DNA from: Trichoplax sp. H2
Taxonomy: Eukaryota
DNA: 64,000 nucleotides
Reading direction: 5' to 3'
Assembly (NCBI GenBank): GCA_003344405.1
Contig: NOWV01000207.1
Location: 1 to 64,000 of the forward strand
The notes beneath the pieces were generated by a model, which searched no databases, was not told the DNA's origin, and saw only the letters and a list, made by a program, of their open reading frames with translations. Both the position numbers and the translations under genes were made by a program. Of this stretch, positions 52,540 to 64,000 are shown piece by piece (position 1 is the stretch's first letter; every line of letters begins with the position of its first letter).

Positions 52540-55500
52540 TCACAATTTTCGCCCTTTCATTTCCGTTTGCATAGTTTCCGATACAAAGTTAAACGCATTC
52601 CCTTTACTAGATTTGTTTAAAAAGTCAAAGCCACGCTTAGCGTCCTACAGAGAGGTGAAGTAACGCGATAACATTAATATTTAATATAATAATATAGAAA
52701 AATTTCACCTAAAATTTTACCTTGGCGCTTGTATAAGGGGTACTAATGGTCGTCCGCTTAGACGATAAAGGATCCAAAGTTAAGCTATCCAGATCGGAAC
52801 TTTTCAATAACGACTTGTGAAATGCTACTTCTGAGTTACCGTCAGAATTTCTATTGGTAGTTTCAGAGTGAGACGATACTGTATCATTAGTTGAAATAAA
52901 TTCTAAAGATTCTGTTGAATTTTTTACTACAGTGGAATTTTCGATAGCTTTTGAGGAAGTTCCTGCAACTGGACTAAAATTGATTAGTGATTCCATTGAT
53001 GCCTCAGCTTGTGAGGTTGTCGTCTTAGTTGGATTTACTGTATCTTTTGTGAATAAATCATCTAAAGCTTTCGTAGAAGCTTCCGAATTACATTCTACGG
53101 AGTCATTCGATGAAGTCTGTTGTATTGAGCCAAAGTCAATTAGTGGTTCCGAGGTCGTTTTAGAATTTATATCATTAATGTCACTTGATGGCTTAGAAAG
53201 AAACATCCCAATAAATAAACCGTCAGAAGTACCTTTACTAATGGCATCAGAAGTCTCAGTAACTTTCACTTGCAATGATTCATCAGTAGTAGAGATTAAA
53301 TTCGCTTCATCCTGATTTTCTAATGTTGATACGGATTGTATTCTTTCAGCAATATTGGGCTTTCGCTGAGATTCTTGGATTAATGCCTCAACCTAAACAA
53401 AGACATCACACAATTATAGCAAAATAGATGCATAATTTATATTTATTCTATATTGCAGTTAAGTACTCACTTTCGATACTCTGCTACGAAGACCAACATT
53501 ACTTGAGGTCGATAACAGTTCTATTTGATTACTCAATAACTGAATGTCTCCAAGTGACCAAAAATCGCTTTTTTTCAATGCCCTTTCAATCACACATAAA
53601 GCTTTCTATTGTGGGATTTGATGAAACAGTAAACATTAATATTTTTCAAGTCTAAAATAAATAAAATTTATAGATTAATAATATATAATATAGCAACATA
53701 TTAATCGCACTGACTTGTTGAATACCGACAGGTTCCTTTAGCTTTTCACATAGTAATAAAAGAATTCTGTGATGATCAAGATAATTGCACCTAACGAATG
53801 CAAGATACGGGCTTCAGTACCGAGACTCTTAAAGCTATTATTAAAGCAATAGACTTAGTCAACCTTTTCATAAAACTGTCTAGCATTGCAGTGGTTGGCG
53901 CAGACCGAACACCAACAGGAACAGTGATATCATCAACAAGCGCTTTTTCATAGTTTATTGCGTCGCCCTTGTGGCTATTGATATCACCGCATAGACTAAC
54001 ATTAGCATTCTCCAAATTTTTCGTCCTTGCAGGCAATGGTTTAGGTAAAGTAGTTGACTGTGGATTCATGAATTGTCTTGCAGTGTCACTTTCATAAGAA
54101 ATAGAACAAAGACGACAATATTGAGCAATATCTCATAACTAGAGATTATATGTACATTTAACATTTAGAGTCTATAAACAATAGCATATTCAAGTTCATG
54201 GTACCCTTTTTTAATTAGGTCAATTTTTGTCGCGTGATCATCCCAACCTCCACCAGGTCTGCCAGCAACCCGATCTAACATCAACATGATATTATAAATC
54301 GATACTTGTACGAGCAATGGTAATTATAGTTATTCACGCCCATAATTTAATAAGGGCAGCTGTAATTGGCAAATAGCTCAAGTTGCAACTGACAATGGAT
54401 GCATCGTCCTTTAAAATGCTGCAGAAAACTTAGTTAGTTAAGTAAGGTTACCAGCAACGGTTTCAGAATGAAAATTCCGAACAGGCAATGGTTGTTCCTC
54501 CTCTAACTTATCAGGTTTAGAATTGATGGCAAAGCTCGATTGAGGACTAGGTTTTGATGAGTCGTCACCAACTTGTTTGGCTAGCACAGGATTACAAATA
54601 TCAAAGTACGCTCTACATTGTGCCATTGCTGTAAAATGTCTCTAAGAACATTTATCACCGGAGCTATTATTCTTAAATTTACCTTTCAGGTGTCTTTCTT
54701 TATCAGAAACATCAAAGAGAATACGAATATTTTCCTACATATCAAGGCCATATTAATGTTAAAATTGAATTGGATAGCAGCACTCTTCATTACGACATGA
54801 ATTTAAACTCTATCATTGAATTATAGATTTGTTCGTATCTATATGATCATACATTAGCTAACTGTCTGACTTGTTCGTAAGGAGCATTGCCATGGAGAGG
54901 ATCTGGAGATCCGCTAAACGCTATGAAACAGTGATTCGAACATTCATGTTGGACATGAGTATCATATGTCATTGACGTAAGTAGCATTGTACTCACTGGT
55001 GGTTTTTCTAATAATGTCACTCCTTTTCCTTAAATTAGTTAAGAATTCTCCATTTCCGTTCACCAAAAGATGACGAATTAATCTTAAAACCTTTGATATT
55101 TTTTACAACAAGATGATACTTTGTCATATTTATTGCGATACTTTCTGTAGAAGATTTGAATAGCATTGGCGTTATGATAAAGTAGATAAAATGACTCTTT
55201 ACTGACCTTAAGTTTGATATGATAAGAAGACTTCATCAATCTGTCCATTAAGAAATCTAAAAGATATTTACATGTATTGCTAGATTCAAAGGACATTTCT
55301 AGTTTCAACAATATTTCAAGCAATGAAGTTAGGGTAAAATATAATTGAAAAGTTGAGGGAAAACGCTTGATACTTTAAATAGTATGTTTTAAATAGTGTT
55401 CACAAGTATTTTGCTGAAAGACAGTCACCTAACAGTGATGATCAGTAGTCTATCTCTAACATTAAAGCAACTACCATACTGTAAGTGATTCTTATTCGGC

Positions 55501-55985
55501 ATGAAAGCTGCATTCTATCCGTATAAGAATTGATTTTTTTGGATTATTCATATCAACACTCTCCAACTTGGATAGGCTAGGCAATAAATTATGACTATTG
55601 TCAGAAAATCATCATCGCTTTGAGTCAAAGGATACTAGTAATTTCTTCGAATAAATAACCAGGTGTAGCCGTTGCATCATCCGACGTCGCTTTCATTAAA
55701 GTCGGCATCTATACAGTAGGATAATAATATTACTGTAAGTTAATCATCCAATCGGTGAAAAAATGGATTGCTCACTCATCCTGATATTGGAAAATCCATT
55801 GCAAGGAATGAGGACTACAATGCTACTACGGTTCTACTGGCAATAATGCTCCTTCATCTCCATTGCCCCTACTGTACACTCCTATAGTAAGTCATCCATC
55901 GCATGACCAATCTCATCGTCAATATTACCTTACTCGTAAAGGAAATCTTGTCGAAAAGGTTCGTGAACGTAATACTAGACGACAT
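52540..55985 (-). CDS. TEPSIN: Tepsin, AP-4 complex accessory ENTH-domain protein (multi-exon)
   Basis: Exons 55929-55985, 55636-55708, 55207-55298, about 54997-55090, about 54853-54920 and onward give MPTLMKATSDDATATPGYLFEEITKMSFES...HIKLKVLRLIRHLL...FSGSPDPLHGNAPYEQVR (tepsin ENTH), then a VHS-like region, a low-complexity tail with LFIGMFL, and a last exon ending TGA at 52540-52542. Confidence 0.92.
55299..55635 (-). other. U12-type (minor spliceosome) GT-AG intron, tepsin intron 2
   Basis: 5' splice site GTATCCTTTG; branch-like TTTTACCCTAAC about 30 nt before the AG; no polypyrimidine tract; splicing restores the frame (EEIT-K-MSFES). Confidence 0.85.
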
Positions 55986-56039
55986 TTTTCTTTGGTATTC
56001 GTCAATTCCTGTCCAATGACTGTCAATCCAAGAATAAAT

Positions 56040-57320
56040 TCATTTGAAGATGGCGATAGGAATACTTGGTTGCTTTTCTAGCGCCGATTTCGTTTGAATC
56101 ATCCAAGTAGGCATGGAGATCAACAACAGCAGTCTAGCTTACAGTACTGTACACTGTAAATTACGTATTGTACATTGTAAAGTACGTATTGTAGACTGTA
56201 GACGTCCAGTACTGTACTTTACAGTTGACTCACTAGTCAGTGACTGGCGAGTAAACGACGGAATGGAACGGACTGCAGATGCGCACTTCAGCTTCTGGCG
56301 GGACGCGCCTGCGTATTTGGTTCCTTCTGTCTAAGCGTATACAGTACTGTACATCATACTGTACGTCGTACGACGTCCGTATGTCCGTCGTACAGTACCA
56401 AAAATAATTGAATATTGACAATAATAATAATAATAATGATAATAACTGTATTGGTCTACAGTACAGTATATCTCTCCCTCTCGAACTCTTACTTCTTTCT
56501 TAAATACTGTACTCTCTGGTACTTATGCTGCAACTCATACTATATTCTTGACTGTTCTCATCAGAAAGCCTGTTCACTTATCTTCTTTCCAAAAAATGCT
56601 TTTTTTTTGGAGCATTAGGTCGCTAGAGGGTTGAACTTTTTATGCATGTTGATGCAAGCGCAGTCAGCCGTGTACTGTACTGTGTACTGTATTGCACAAT
56701 GTACAGTGTACAGTACTAAGGCTTCCCTGTACTGTAGGAGTTGGGAATCCATGCGACCGTACCTTACTGTACAATGTCTCTATCAATTCTAAATTTCTAT
56801 ACTATTCCACCACCGACTGTGCGATAGACGTAGACCAACTTTCAACACGTTGATGAACAGCTTTTTGCAGAAAGTCGGAGGGCGTTGAGGTAGTAGCTAC
56901 TGTGGGAACTCCACTTGCAGAACTGCGATTATTGCTCATCCTTTTGCGCTGTGCTGCTCTCAAGTTAAATATGCAACAGGAAAAGCTTCTTCCGTGCGCA
57001 GCCTTGCAGAGACGCAAAGCATGAACTGTTTTGTGGCAAAACTGAAAACAGAATTGGTGGTTCTATACTGTTTAGTACGTTGACATTTCGTTGCAAGCAT
57101 ACAATCAAAAAGTCGACGCGTACGTCGTAGGCTGGAAATTTGCATACCTCAACGAGCAAAAATCAAACGACTATCTTTATTATACTACAACTATTTCAGC
57201 AGCAGTCAGCAGACTTGCCAAGGTTGTGCAGCATCGCAAAGTGTGACTCTTCCACTAAAGTCATTACAGTACTTGTTTCTACCAATAATTAATCAATCAT
57301 ACGCTAAGGCACGAAAGGCA
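56040..57320. promoter_or_regulatory. Divergent promoter region between tepsin and TIMMDC1 with TACTG/TGTACA clusters
   Basis: Head-to-head genes; motif clusters at about 56140-56225, 56338-56400 and 56670-56775; YY1-like AAGATGGCG at about 56048; NRF1-like GCGCCTGCG at about 56305. Confidence 0.6.
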
Positions 57321-57325
57321 GAGTT

Positions 57326-58060
57326 ATGACGGTAAATCAACCCAAGTCAAGATTTGAGCAAGGTTGGCAGCGCGTTAAAGAAATGTGGGATGAAAATGAA
57401 CCTGCTCTAGAAGTCGAATATTTACCAACCATAGCTTTTTCAAGTTCCTTTACTGCTTTCATACTTGCTGGATTAGTAGGAGCACAGCAAACGGCTGAAA
57501 ATTTTAGAGCAAACAGTAAATTTAGGATGTTTCCCAGTAAAGTGCAGGCTCTGCGTGAGATGCATTCTCATGCTTTGCTGGGATTTGTGCGAAGTGGAAG
57601 TAAAGCTGGTTGGCGAGCTTGTATTTTTGCAGTTACTTTTACTTTATTATCGGGAAGTCTGAATGCTTATTTCAATAAAATTCATGTATTAAATTATACT
57701 GCTGCTGGCTCTTTTACGGGCACATTGCTCAAACTTAGGCAAGGACCTCGTGGCATAGTTGTAGGGCTTTTTGCAGGTTCAGTAATAAGTTTGCCAGTTG
57801 GATTATGTGCACAAGGCTTACATTCTGTGTTACCCCAAAGTTATTACGATTCTTTAAAGGAAGATAAGCTAAAACGAAAGAAAGAACGGGAAGAAGATTG
57901 GCAGTCGCGACTGTCTGCCCTCAGTCGAATGATTGACTCTATGAAATCCGATCCATTATTGGATGATAATCCATCGGATGCGAGCAATGAGACGAACAGC
58001 CAAGAGGCAGAAACACTTCCTACCATCAAAGATCAAAGTGACAAGTCAAAGAAGGAATAA
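57326..58060 (+). CDS. TIMMDC1: Complex I assembly factor TIMMDC1 (Tim17/22/23 family), single coding exon, 244 aa
   Basis: GWQRVKEMW, F.SKVQALREMH...GFVRSGSKAGWRACIF, NYTAAGSFTGTLLKLRQGPRGIVVG and SLPVG: Gly-rich TM segments and motif order typical of TIMMDC1/C3orf1. Confidence 0.9.
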   Translation: MTVNQPKSRFEQGWQRVKEMWDENEPALEVEYLPTIAFSSSFTAFILAGLVGAQQTAENFRANSKFRMFPSKVQALREMHSHALLGFVRSGSKAGWRACIFAVTFTLLSGSLNAYFNKIHVLNYTAAGSFTGTLLKLRQGPRGIVVGLFAGSVISLPVGLCAQGLHSVLPQSYYDSLKEDKLKRKKEREEDWQSRLSALSRMIDSMKSDPLLDDNPSDASNETNSQEAETLPTIKDQSDKSKKE

Positions 58061-60266
58061 CTGGATTTGCATGCAGCTGTAGCTCGACGATACAAGTGTC
58101 GAGCACGCGTTATTCGAAGATCAAGATTCGTCTAATATGGATTACTAAGTTATTATGTATTACAAGTATTCTTGGCCAATGTCAGCAAGTTGAATATCGC
58201 ATGATACGGATTTTAGATTGTCAAGTCACCATGGCTAACCATAATATAATATATCATACTTGTATAGCTGGCCTCCTCCAATTGAAACCAATTATTGAGA
58301 AAGCTCTTGGCAAGATTTCGTATCAACAAAGACAAAAGTGAGATGATTCTTGCATAATTCTATCATTTGAATTTTATTTTATCACAAGTTGATTAGAAAT
58401 GGAAATTTTAAACTTGGCCTTGTTTCGCTGATACAGTATACGGTACTGGCAAAATTTTCTGATGTAATACTCTTTAATGAATGGATATTATTAATGTGCA
58501 TGTATATAACATAGCATACAGTACGTATACATACTCGTACTTATACCAACTGAAAATTGTCTACTTTTATGAATATTTTACCATGTTCAACTACTGCAGT
58601 ATTCAACAAATGCTCAATAATGGTTCGTTTTTTATGAGTACGTGTATATCAACCTTTCAAAATTCAGTAAAAGAAACTGCTGATAATCCTATATCAAGGC
58701 TACGAAATGATAGCGGACAGACTAATTACTGTGCCATAGCATGAATTGTGCGTATGCAACATGAGCTGTCTGCCGATTCATCAAATGAATTAAAGTGATC
58801 ATATCAGAGGTGAGATTACGAAGCGCTCGTCTCTACGCATATTTAAAGTCAAAACGATACACTGAGGAGTGGAATGCTATAAATCATATCAAATCCTTAA
58901 CATTTTCCACCTAAAAATGCAGTTTTGGATTTGATTGCAGTACAGGACAGTGTTAACCTTATGCCAACAACTATCTGATCGACCAATATTGCGTATTGCA
59001 GATTGCATGGATATTACAGTACTGTACTTGTCTAACCCGCAATTCCACCATGCTTTGGCCTCAAGAACCCTAGCTAGTAGCTAATGCATATAAAGTTAAC
59101 TGTTTCAGAATTGTCCTAAAATGGCCACTTGGCATCAACAGCTTGTATTAAGAGAGCCTGCTGCGTGTCATAGACTACTTTGAGTTTCTAGTTCTCTGCT
59201 AGTAGTTGTTTCAATAGTCCATGTTTGTCATCATCCAATGACGCCAACCTTGGCGAGTACAGTAAATCATATCAATGTGTAGAATTAGCGAGTAATCAGC
59301 ATGATTCGATTGAATTAGCTACTGTACTGCACAATGATAGACTAGTAGAAAAAATCATGGTTTCCATCTCGTAGTCCATGGTACAATATCCATTTGCGTT
59401 GTATAAACATCAATGATAGTTATGCTTAGCCGTGTACAGTAGAGACCCTTAGTCTGTAAGGGCATCTACTGTAGTGTACAGTAATTCGAGTCAACGTTTA
59501 CATACAGTAATGTAATTGTATTACAAGCATTCTTTTAAAGTTGACGAGGTGAAAAATATCGACTACCTGAAAGGAAGACTTCCTCTCTAGTAGTCCTTGC
59601 CTCGACTTGAGTATAGTATGCCTAATCTTGAAAGTGAATAGCGAATACGAGTACTATCTAATGTGATCTTGCATGGTACATTACTACCGCTGACTAGCGA
59701 TGTTGATATGAAGGCCGGCTATTCTTGCTGGCCATTTGATTTTCAACGTTACATCTACATTGTCCATCGTACAATACTCTACAGAGGCTTCAAATTGGCT
59801 GGCAGATTGATTTCGCACAATATGGCGTAAGTTACTGCTGTAGCGTCTAGCAAGATGACCACAAAATTAGTAGCTCGACGGAAAATTGTTGTCAGCTCCG
59901 TGTCCTTGTTGAAAGTACAGTAGAGTACAGTACGATCTGAATAATTTCTATAGCACCCTGAAAAAATAAAATAGTGTTCATTCAATGAAGCCAAAACTAC
60001 GGTTATATATTAATATTATACAGGAATTTCAACGGAATACAACTCTGATTTTTGAATAACGAAAGGGTACTATCGAAAATAAAATAAAATAAAATAATAT
60101 AATTAACCCTTGCATGATCAGATGGTGCTGTATACTACATTGTACAATATCTGTCCGTCTCTCTCTTTCAGCAGTCCCGAACTGTACAGTACTGTGCAGT
60201 GTACACTGTACACTGTACACTGTAAAGTACAGTACAGTCTGCATTGCGCCGATGCGATGAAGTTTG

Positions 60267-61335
60267 ATCCTGCCACCTGCGCCGGTGCAGTAAAATTTTC
60301 TTCTAGTCCCTGACAGGACGGTACAGACTAGAGACCAGCATATTCGATCCTGCCACCTGCGCCGGTGCAGTAAAGTTTTCTTGTAGTCCCTACATCACAG
60401 CATAGTCCATCCTGCCACTTGCGCCGGTGCAGTAAAGTTTCTTGTCGTCACTACAGCACAGCATATTCGATCCTGCCACCTGCGCCGGTGCAGTGAAGTT
60501 TCTTGTAGTCGCTGACAGGACAGTACTGTAGTCTGTACGGTGCAGCACAGCACAGTCCATCCTGGCACCTGCGCAGGTGCAGTAAAGTTGCTTGTAGTCC
60601 CTGACAGGACAGTACGGTAGTCCATACAGTAGTCCATCCTACTCCTGCGCCGGTGTTGTGAAGTTTCTTGTACAGTGTACAGTACATTTTGGAAGTATGG
60701 ACTGTACTGCACTGGAATCGATGCAAGTGTGCGCGTCGCTATCACATACTTTTCTATTGCCTCGAACGCCTGTTTCAGCACATATACTATAATCTTCCTC
60801 AACGCGATTGCGCAGTNNNNNNNNNNNNNNNNNNNNCCTGCCACCTGCGCCGGTGCAGTAAAATTTTCTTGTAGTCCCTGACAGGACGGTACAGACTACA
60901 GACCAGCATATTCGATCCTGCCACCTGCGCCGGTGCAGTGAAGTTTCTTGTAGTCGCTGACAGGACAGTACAGACCAGCATATTCGATCCTGCCACCTGC
61001 GCCGGTGCAGTAAAGTTTTCTTGTAGTCCCTACATCTAGCCATCTAGGACTGACTACATCACAGCATAGTCCATCCTGCCACTTGCGCCGGTGCAGTAAA
61101 GTTTCTTGTCGTCCCTACAGCACAGCATATTCGATCCTGCCACCTGCGCCGGTGCAGTGAAGTTTCTTGTAGTCGCTGACAGGACAGTACTCTAGTCTGT
61201 ACGGTGCAGCACAGCATAGTCCATCCTGGCACCTGCGCCGGTGCAGTAAAGTTTCTTGTAGTCCCTGACAGGACAGTAATGTAGTCCATACAGTAGTCCA
61301 TCCTGCTTCTGCGCCGGTGCAGTGAAGTTTCTTGT
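60267..61335. repeat. GC-rich tandem array with a ~41 bp conserved core and variable linkers; assembled twice (two alleles) across the gap at 60817-60836
   Basis: Core ATCCTGCCACCTGCGCCGGTGCAGT(A/G)AAGTTTCTTGTAGTC starts at 60267, 60347, 60409, 60470, 60559 and 60636 (periods 80, 62, 61, 89, 77), and occurs at least 7 more times in 60837-61335. The unique flank 60680-60816 is repeated at about 61357-61493. Confidence 0.95.
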
Positions 61336-61566
61336 ACAGTGTACAGTACTTTAATACAGTACATTTCGGAAGTATGGACTGTACTGCACTGGAATCGATG
61401 CAAGTGTGCGCGCCGCTATCACATACTTTTCTATTGCCTCGAACGCCTGTTTCAGCACATATACTATAATCTTCCTCAACGCGATTGCGCAGTTTTTTTT
61501 TACGGTACTCTACTTGACTGTGGTCTGAGCCTGACGAAACAGTACGACATTTTTTCCTTAGGCAAT

Positions 61567-63115
61567 ATGGCGTCTAAAGCACGACGAGTTTTTGACTGGG
61601 CTAAGATAGCCGAAAATTTACCTACTGCGATCCGAGCGGAAATGAATGCTTTTCGATCACGCAATGAAAGCATCAAAGCAACGTATGTACAGAGAAATAA
61701 TTCGTTTTGAAAGTGAATAGACACCATGCGTGCCATCATCATGTTTCTTCACCTCTAGTTGAAAAATGGTTGACTAGCGTGCTTGCTTTCAAACCCAGTG
61801 TTCTCTTCAGGATAATCTTTTCTATTAAAAGTACTCGTTTGAAATAGGATAATAATGTTGATTGCGTTTATTAAGAAGAAATAGTATCTTTTGATGAGTC
61901 ATTAGGATGAGATGGCATGATATTGGCTTAAGACAGTAGTCATATTGGGTGCTTTGAAACCTCCATTAACATGGCCGGTATTACTTGAATCTATTTGTTA
62001 ACAGGCTATCTGCAGTACCAGAAAAGCGCCAAAATATCGATTGGCAACACTACAAGAATAATATTGCCGCTTCTGGTTATGTAGAAAAGTTCATGAAAGG
62101 GGTAAATGCGCTATCAATAATAACCAAATCACTACTCTAACATCCAATTGTCATTCATTTTGCGATCGCATGACACTCTCCACTAGCTTACCAGACAATT
62201 TTGTAATGAAATAGTTGGTTGTCTATTTTCAATGCGAACAACATCATCACATACTATATGTACAGCACTATAGAATTCAATCAACATTCGGCTTATTCAT
62301 TCATCATCTTTCTATTATAGTACGAAGCTGTACAAGTTCCTTTTCCTAAAGATACTGATACTGCTAGAATTGACGCTATGCAGAAGCAAATGGTAGGACA
62401 GGATCGATACTGCACAAATTATTACTGTTGTCAAGAGGCCTAATAGCTTAGTCAACCAATGGCAATCATAACTGTGTAATTAGTGACTAGTGGATCTTTT
62501 TTGAATCAGGTGTAATACTCCTTTTTATGTGTAATAGGAAAGTGAAATTGAAGGAATCGTTAAAGAATCAAAGCAAGCTGCACTCAGATTAGATAGTGAG
62601 GTAATGTATCAGTGGATAGGATATGCTAGCATGTGATAGCTCGATAATAGCAGTATTAATAAAAGTTTCTTGGGCATCCCATCACGCTTGCAATCAAGAA
62701 ACGGTAGAGAATTACTTGCATCATTGGAGCGATTGCAGATTTGATGCGTAGCAACGTAATTTCAGATTGTAATCCCTCACGATCGAGTAATCTATATTTT
62801 ATATCTTTACTTACAGTTGTCCAAGATCAAGGCTGAAAAGTCATATGAAGAAACTACGGTTAGTTATAAATTAAACTTAAAACTGTTATACCAGATAATA
62901 GGATGTTACAGATGAAACATTTACATAATGATGCCTTGCCATGATTTTATTTTACAATATTCAAATTATACCGCAACATGTTAATAAATAAATATATTGT
63001 TATAAACACATTTTTACTCGTCTTTACGCAATTATAGATTGATGAATACCTTGCAAATCATCCACAGTTAAGGAGGCAGTGTGAAGAAGATTTAAAAAAT
63101 TTCAAATATGATTAA
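61567..63115 (+). CDS. ATP5PD: Mitochondrial ATP synthase Fo subunit d, 6 exons
   Basis: Exons 61567-61682, 62005-62101, 62321-62392, 62538-62600, 62817-62858 and 63038-63115 give MASKARRVFDWAKIAENLP...AFRSRNE...VPEKRQNIDWQHYKNNI...YEAVQVPFPKD...SYEETTIDEYLANHP; all phases are consistent. Confidence 0.95.
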
Positions 63116-63394
63116 ATCGATTGATAACTAGCTGGCTTCGCTTCAAATGTTTTTGTGTATTGAGAATGTATAACTTAGGCAACTTATTAAATGGAATATC
63201 GAGGACGCTTCATCTATTCGAATAACTAAATAAAATAAAATAATTGCATAACATCGTAACAGAGGATACATTTCTACGAAAAGCAGTTCTTAATGTCTTC
63301 ACTGTTTCACTAACACCGTCAGATAGCGCTGACGGATTACAATTAAAAAAGAGATTATCATCCTGTATATACGGGCTTTACGTTTGATCTGGTT

Positions 63395-64000
63395 TCAGAC
63401 GAAATTTTTAATTTTTATAACTTGATTTAGTCGACTGCAGCAATGATAGAGTAAATTGCGTAATGCCAATTCAAATCCTGGAATTGCACTAGCATATAAC
63501 AATGGATTCAAACTACATCTACTGATGCCAATTAGCTGACAAATTAGAAATTGACTTTGATACTTTAGATAGCATGAATCATGATATAAGCGTGGATTGA
63601 AATGTACAATTAAGTAATAAATACGCCCTGGTGAAGACATGACAAAAAATACAATCACAAGAATTAGCAGCTTTCTGATCAATTTTTTTTGTGCTTTAGC
63701 AAAAGTAGTGTAAGTTATGGATTTCTTAATGATAATTCGGCTTTGAAGATTACGCATTATTTTGGAATATATGGTAACTACCACAATAAGAGGCAGGACA
63801 TAAATCATTACATATCGAGTTACAAAATAAATTTGCGCCAATTCTATGGAAAAAAAGGGTTGATTATTACTATCGAAGTGTAAAAAACATATTGATGACG
63901 TTTTGCAAGTCCTATTTCGTATTTTCATAAGTTGAATAGTTCTATGCGCAAATACAGTATACGTTATAACAGGAGAAGAATAACCCAACGCTACCAGAAG
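63395..64000 (-). CDS. Rhodopsin-family GPCR, 3' part (TM4-TM7); 5' end beyond the window
   Basis: YVLPLIVVVTIYSKI (TM5), FFVMSSP (TM6), SLNPLLY (TM7); convergent with ATP5PD. Confidence 0.9.
   Translation of the reverse strand, partial: LLVALGYSSPVITYTVFAHRTIQLMKIRNRTCKTSSICFLHFDSNNQPFFSIELAQIYFVTRYVMIYVLPLIVVVTIYSKIMRNLQSRIIIKKSITYTTFAKAQKKLIRKLLILVIVFFVMSSPGRIYYLIVHFNPRLYHDSCYLKYQSQFLICQLIGISRCSLNPLLYASAIPGFELALRNLLYHCCSRLNQVIKIKNFV

Noticed and set aside
44462..53315. Antisense ORFs 44462-44752, 46268-46462, 48573-48902 and 52932-53315
   Set aside because: Shadow frames opposite genuine FBF1 and tepsin exons.
59105..59235. Possible minus-strand C/D box snoRNA (ATGATGA...CTGA)
   Set aside because: No terminal stem, no recognisable rRNA antisense element and no defined host intron; such boxes occur by chance.
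60267..61335. CRISPR array
   Set aside because: Eukaryotic intron-rich context, no cas genes, and linkers vary widely in length and are homologous to each other rather than unique.
60395..61403. Repetitive ORFs (NFTAPAQVAG / HRRRWQDRIC) over the array
   Set aside because: Open frames arise from a stop-poor tandem repeat, switch frame between units, and some cross the N gap.
60680..61493. Tandem duplication of the whole array plus flank (and similar duplications at the other four gaps)
   Set aside because: Near-identical sequence on both sides of each 20-N gap, differing by indels, is best explained as two haplotypes assembled in series; read depth is needed to be certain.

Overview
AT-rich eukaryotic (animal) genomic DNA with short GT-AG introns and five 20-N assembly gaps. 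Gene content and style suggest a basal metazoan, most likely a placozoan such as Trichoplax (inference, not verified). 0-10 kb: two tandem multi-exon SVOP-like MFS transporter genes; the second is a nonsense-disabled, 3'-truncated pseudogene and the first carries probable frameshifts. 10-36 kb: an accessory patchwork of shuffled duplicated segments holding three intronless rhodopsin-class GPCR genes, several solo-LTR-like elements (TG..CA ends, 5-bp TSDs; some present in only one of two allelic copies assembled either side of a gap) and a decayed Helitron Rep/helicase fragment. 40-64 kb: a compact housekeeping block with FBF1 (+), tepsin (-, with a U12-type intron), intronless TIMMDC1 (+), ATP synthase subunit d (+) and the 3' part of a fourth GPCR (-). 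The most unusual non-coding features are a GC-rich, palindrome-containing, copy-number-variable repeat array just upstream of ATP5PD (CRISPR-like in layout only), and dense TACTG/TGTACA motif clusters at the 5' ends of the housekeeping genes but not of the GPCR or transporter genes. All calls were made by eye; no database search was run.
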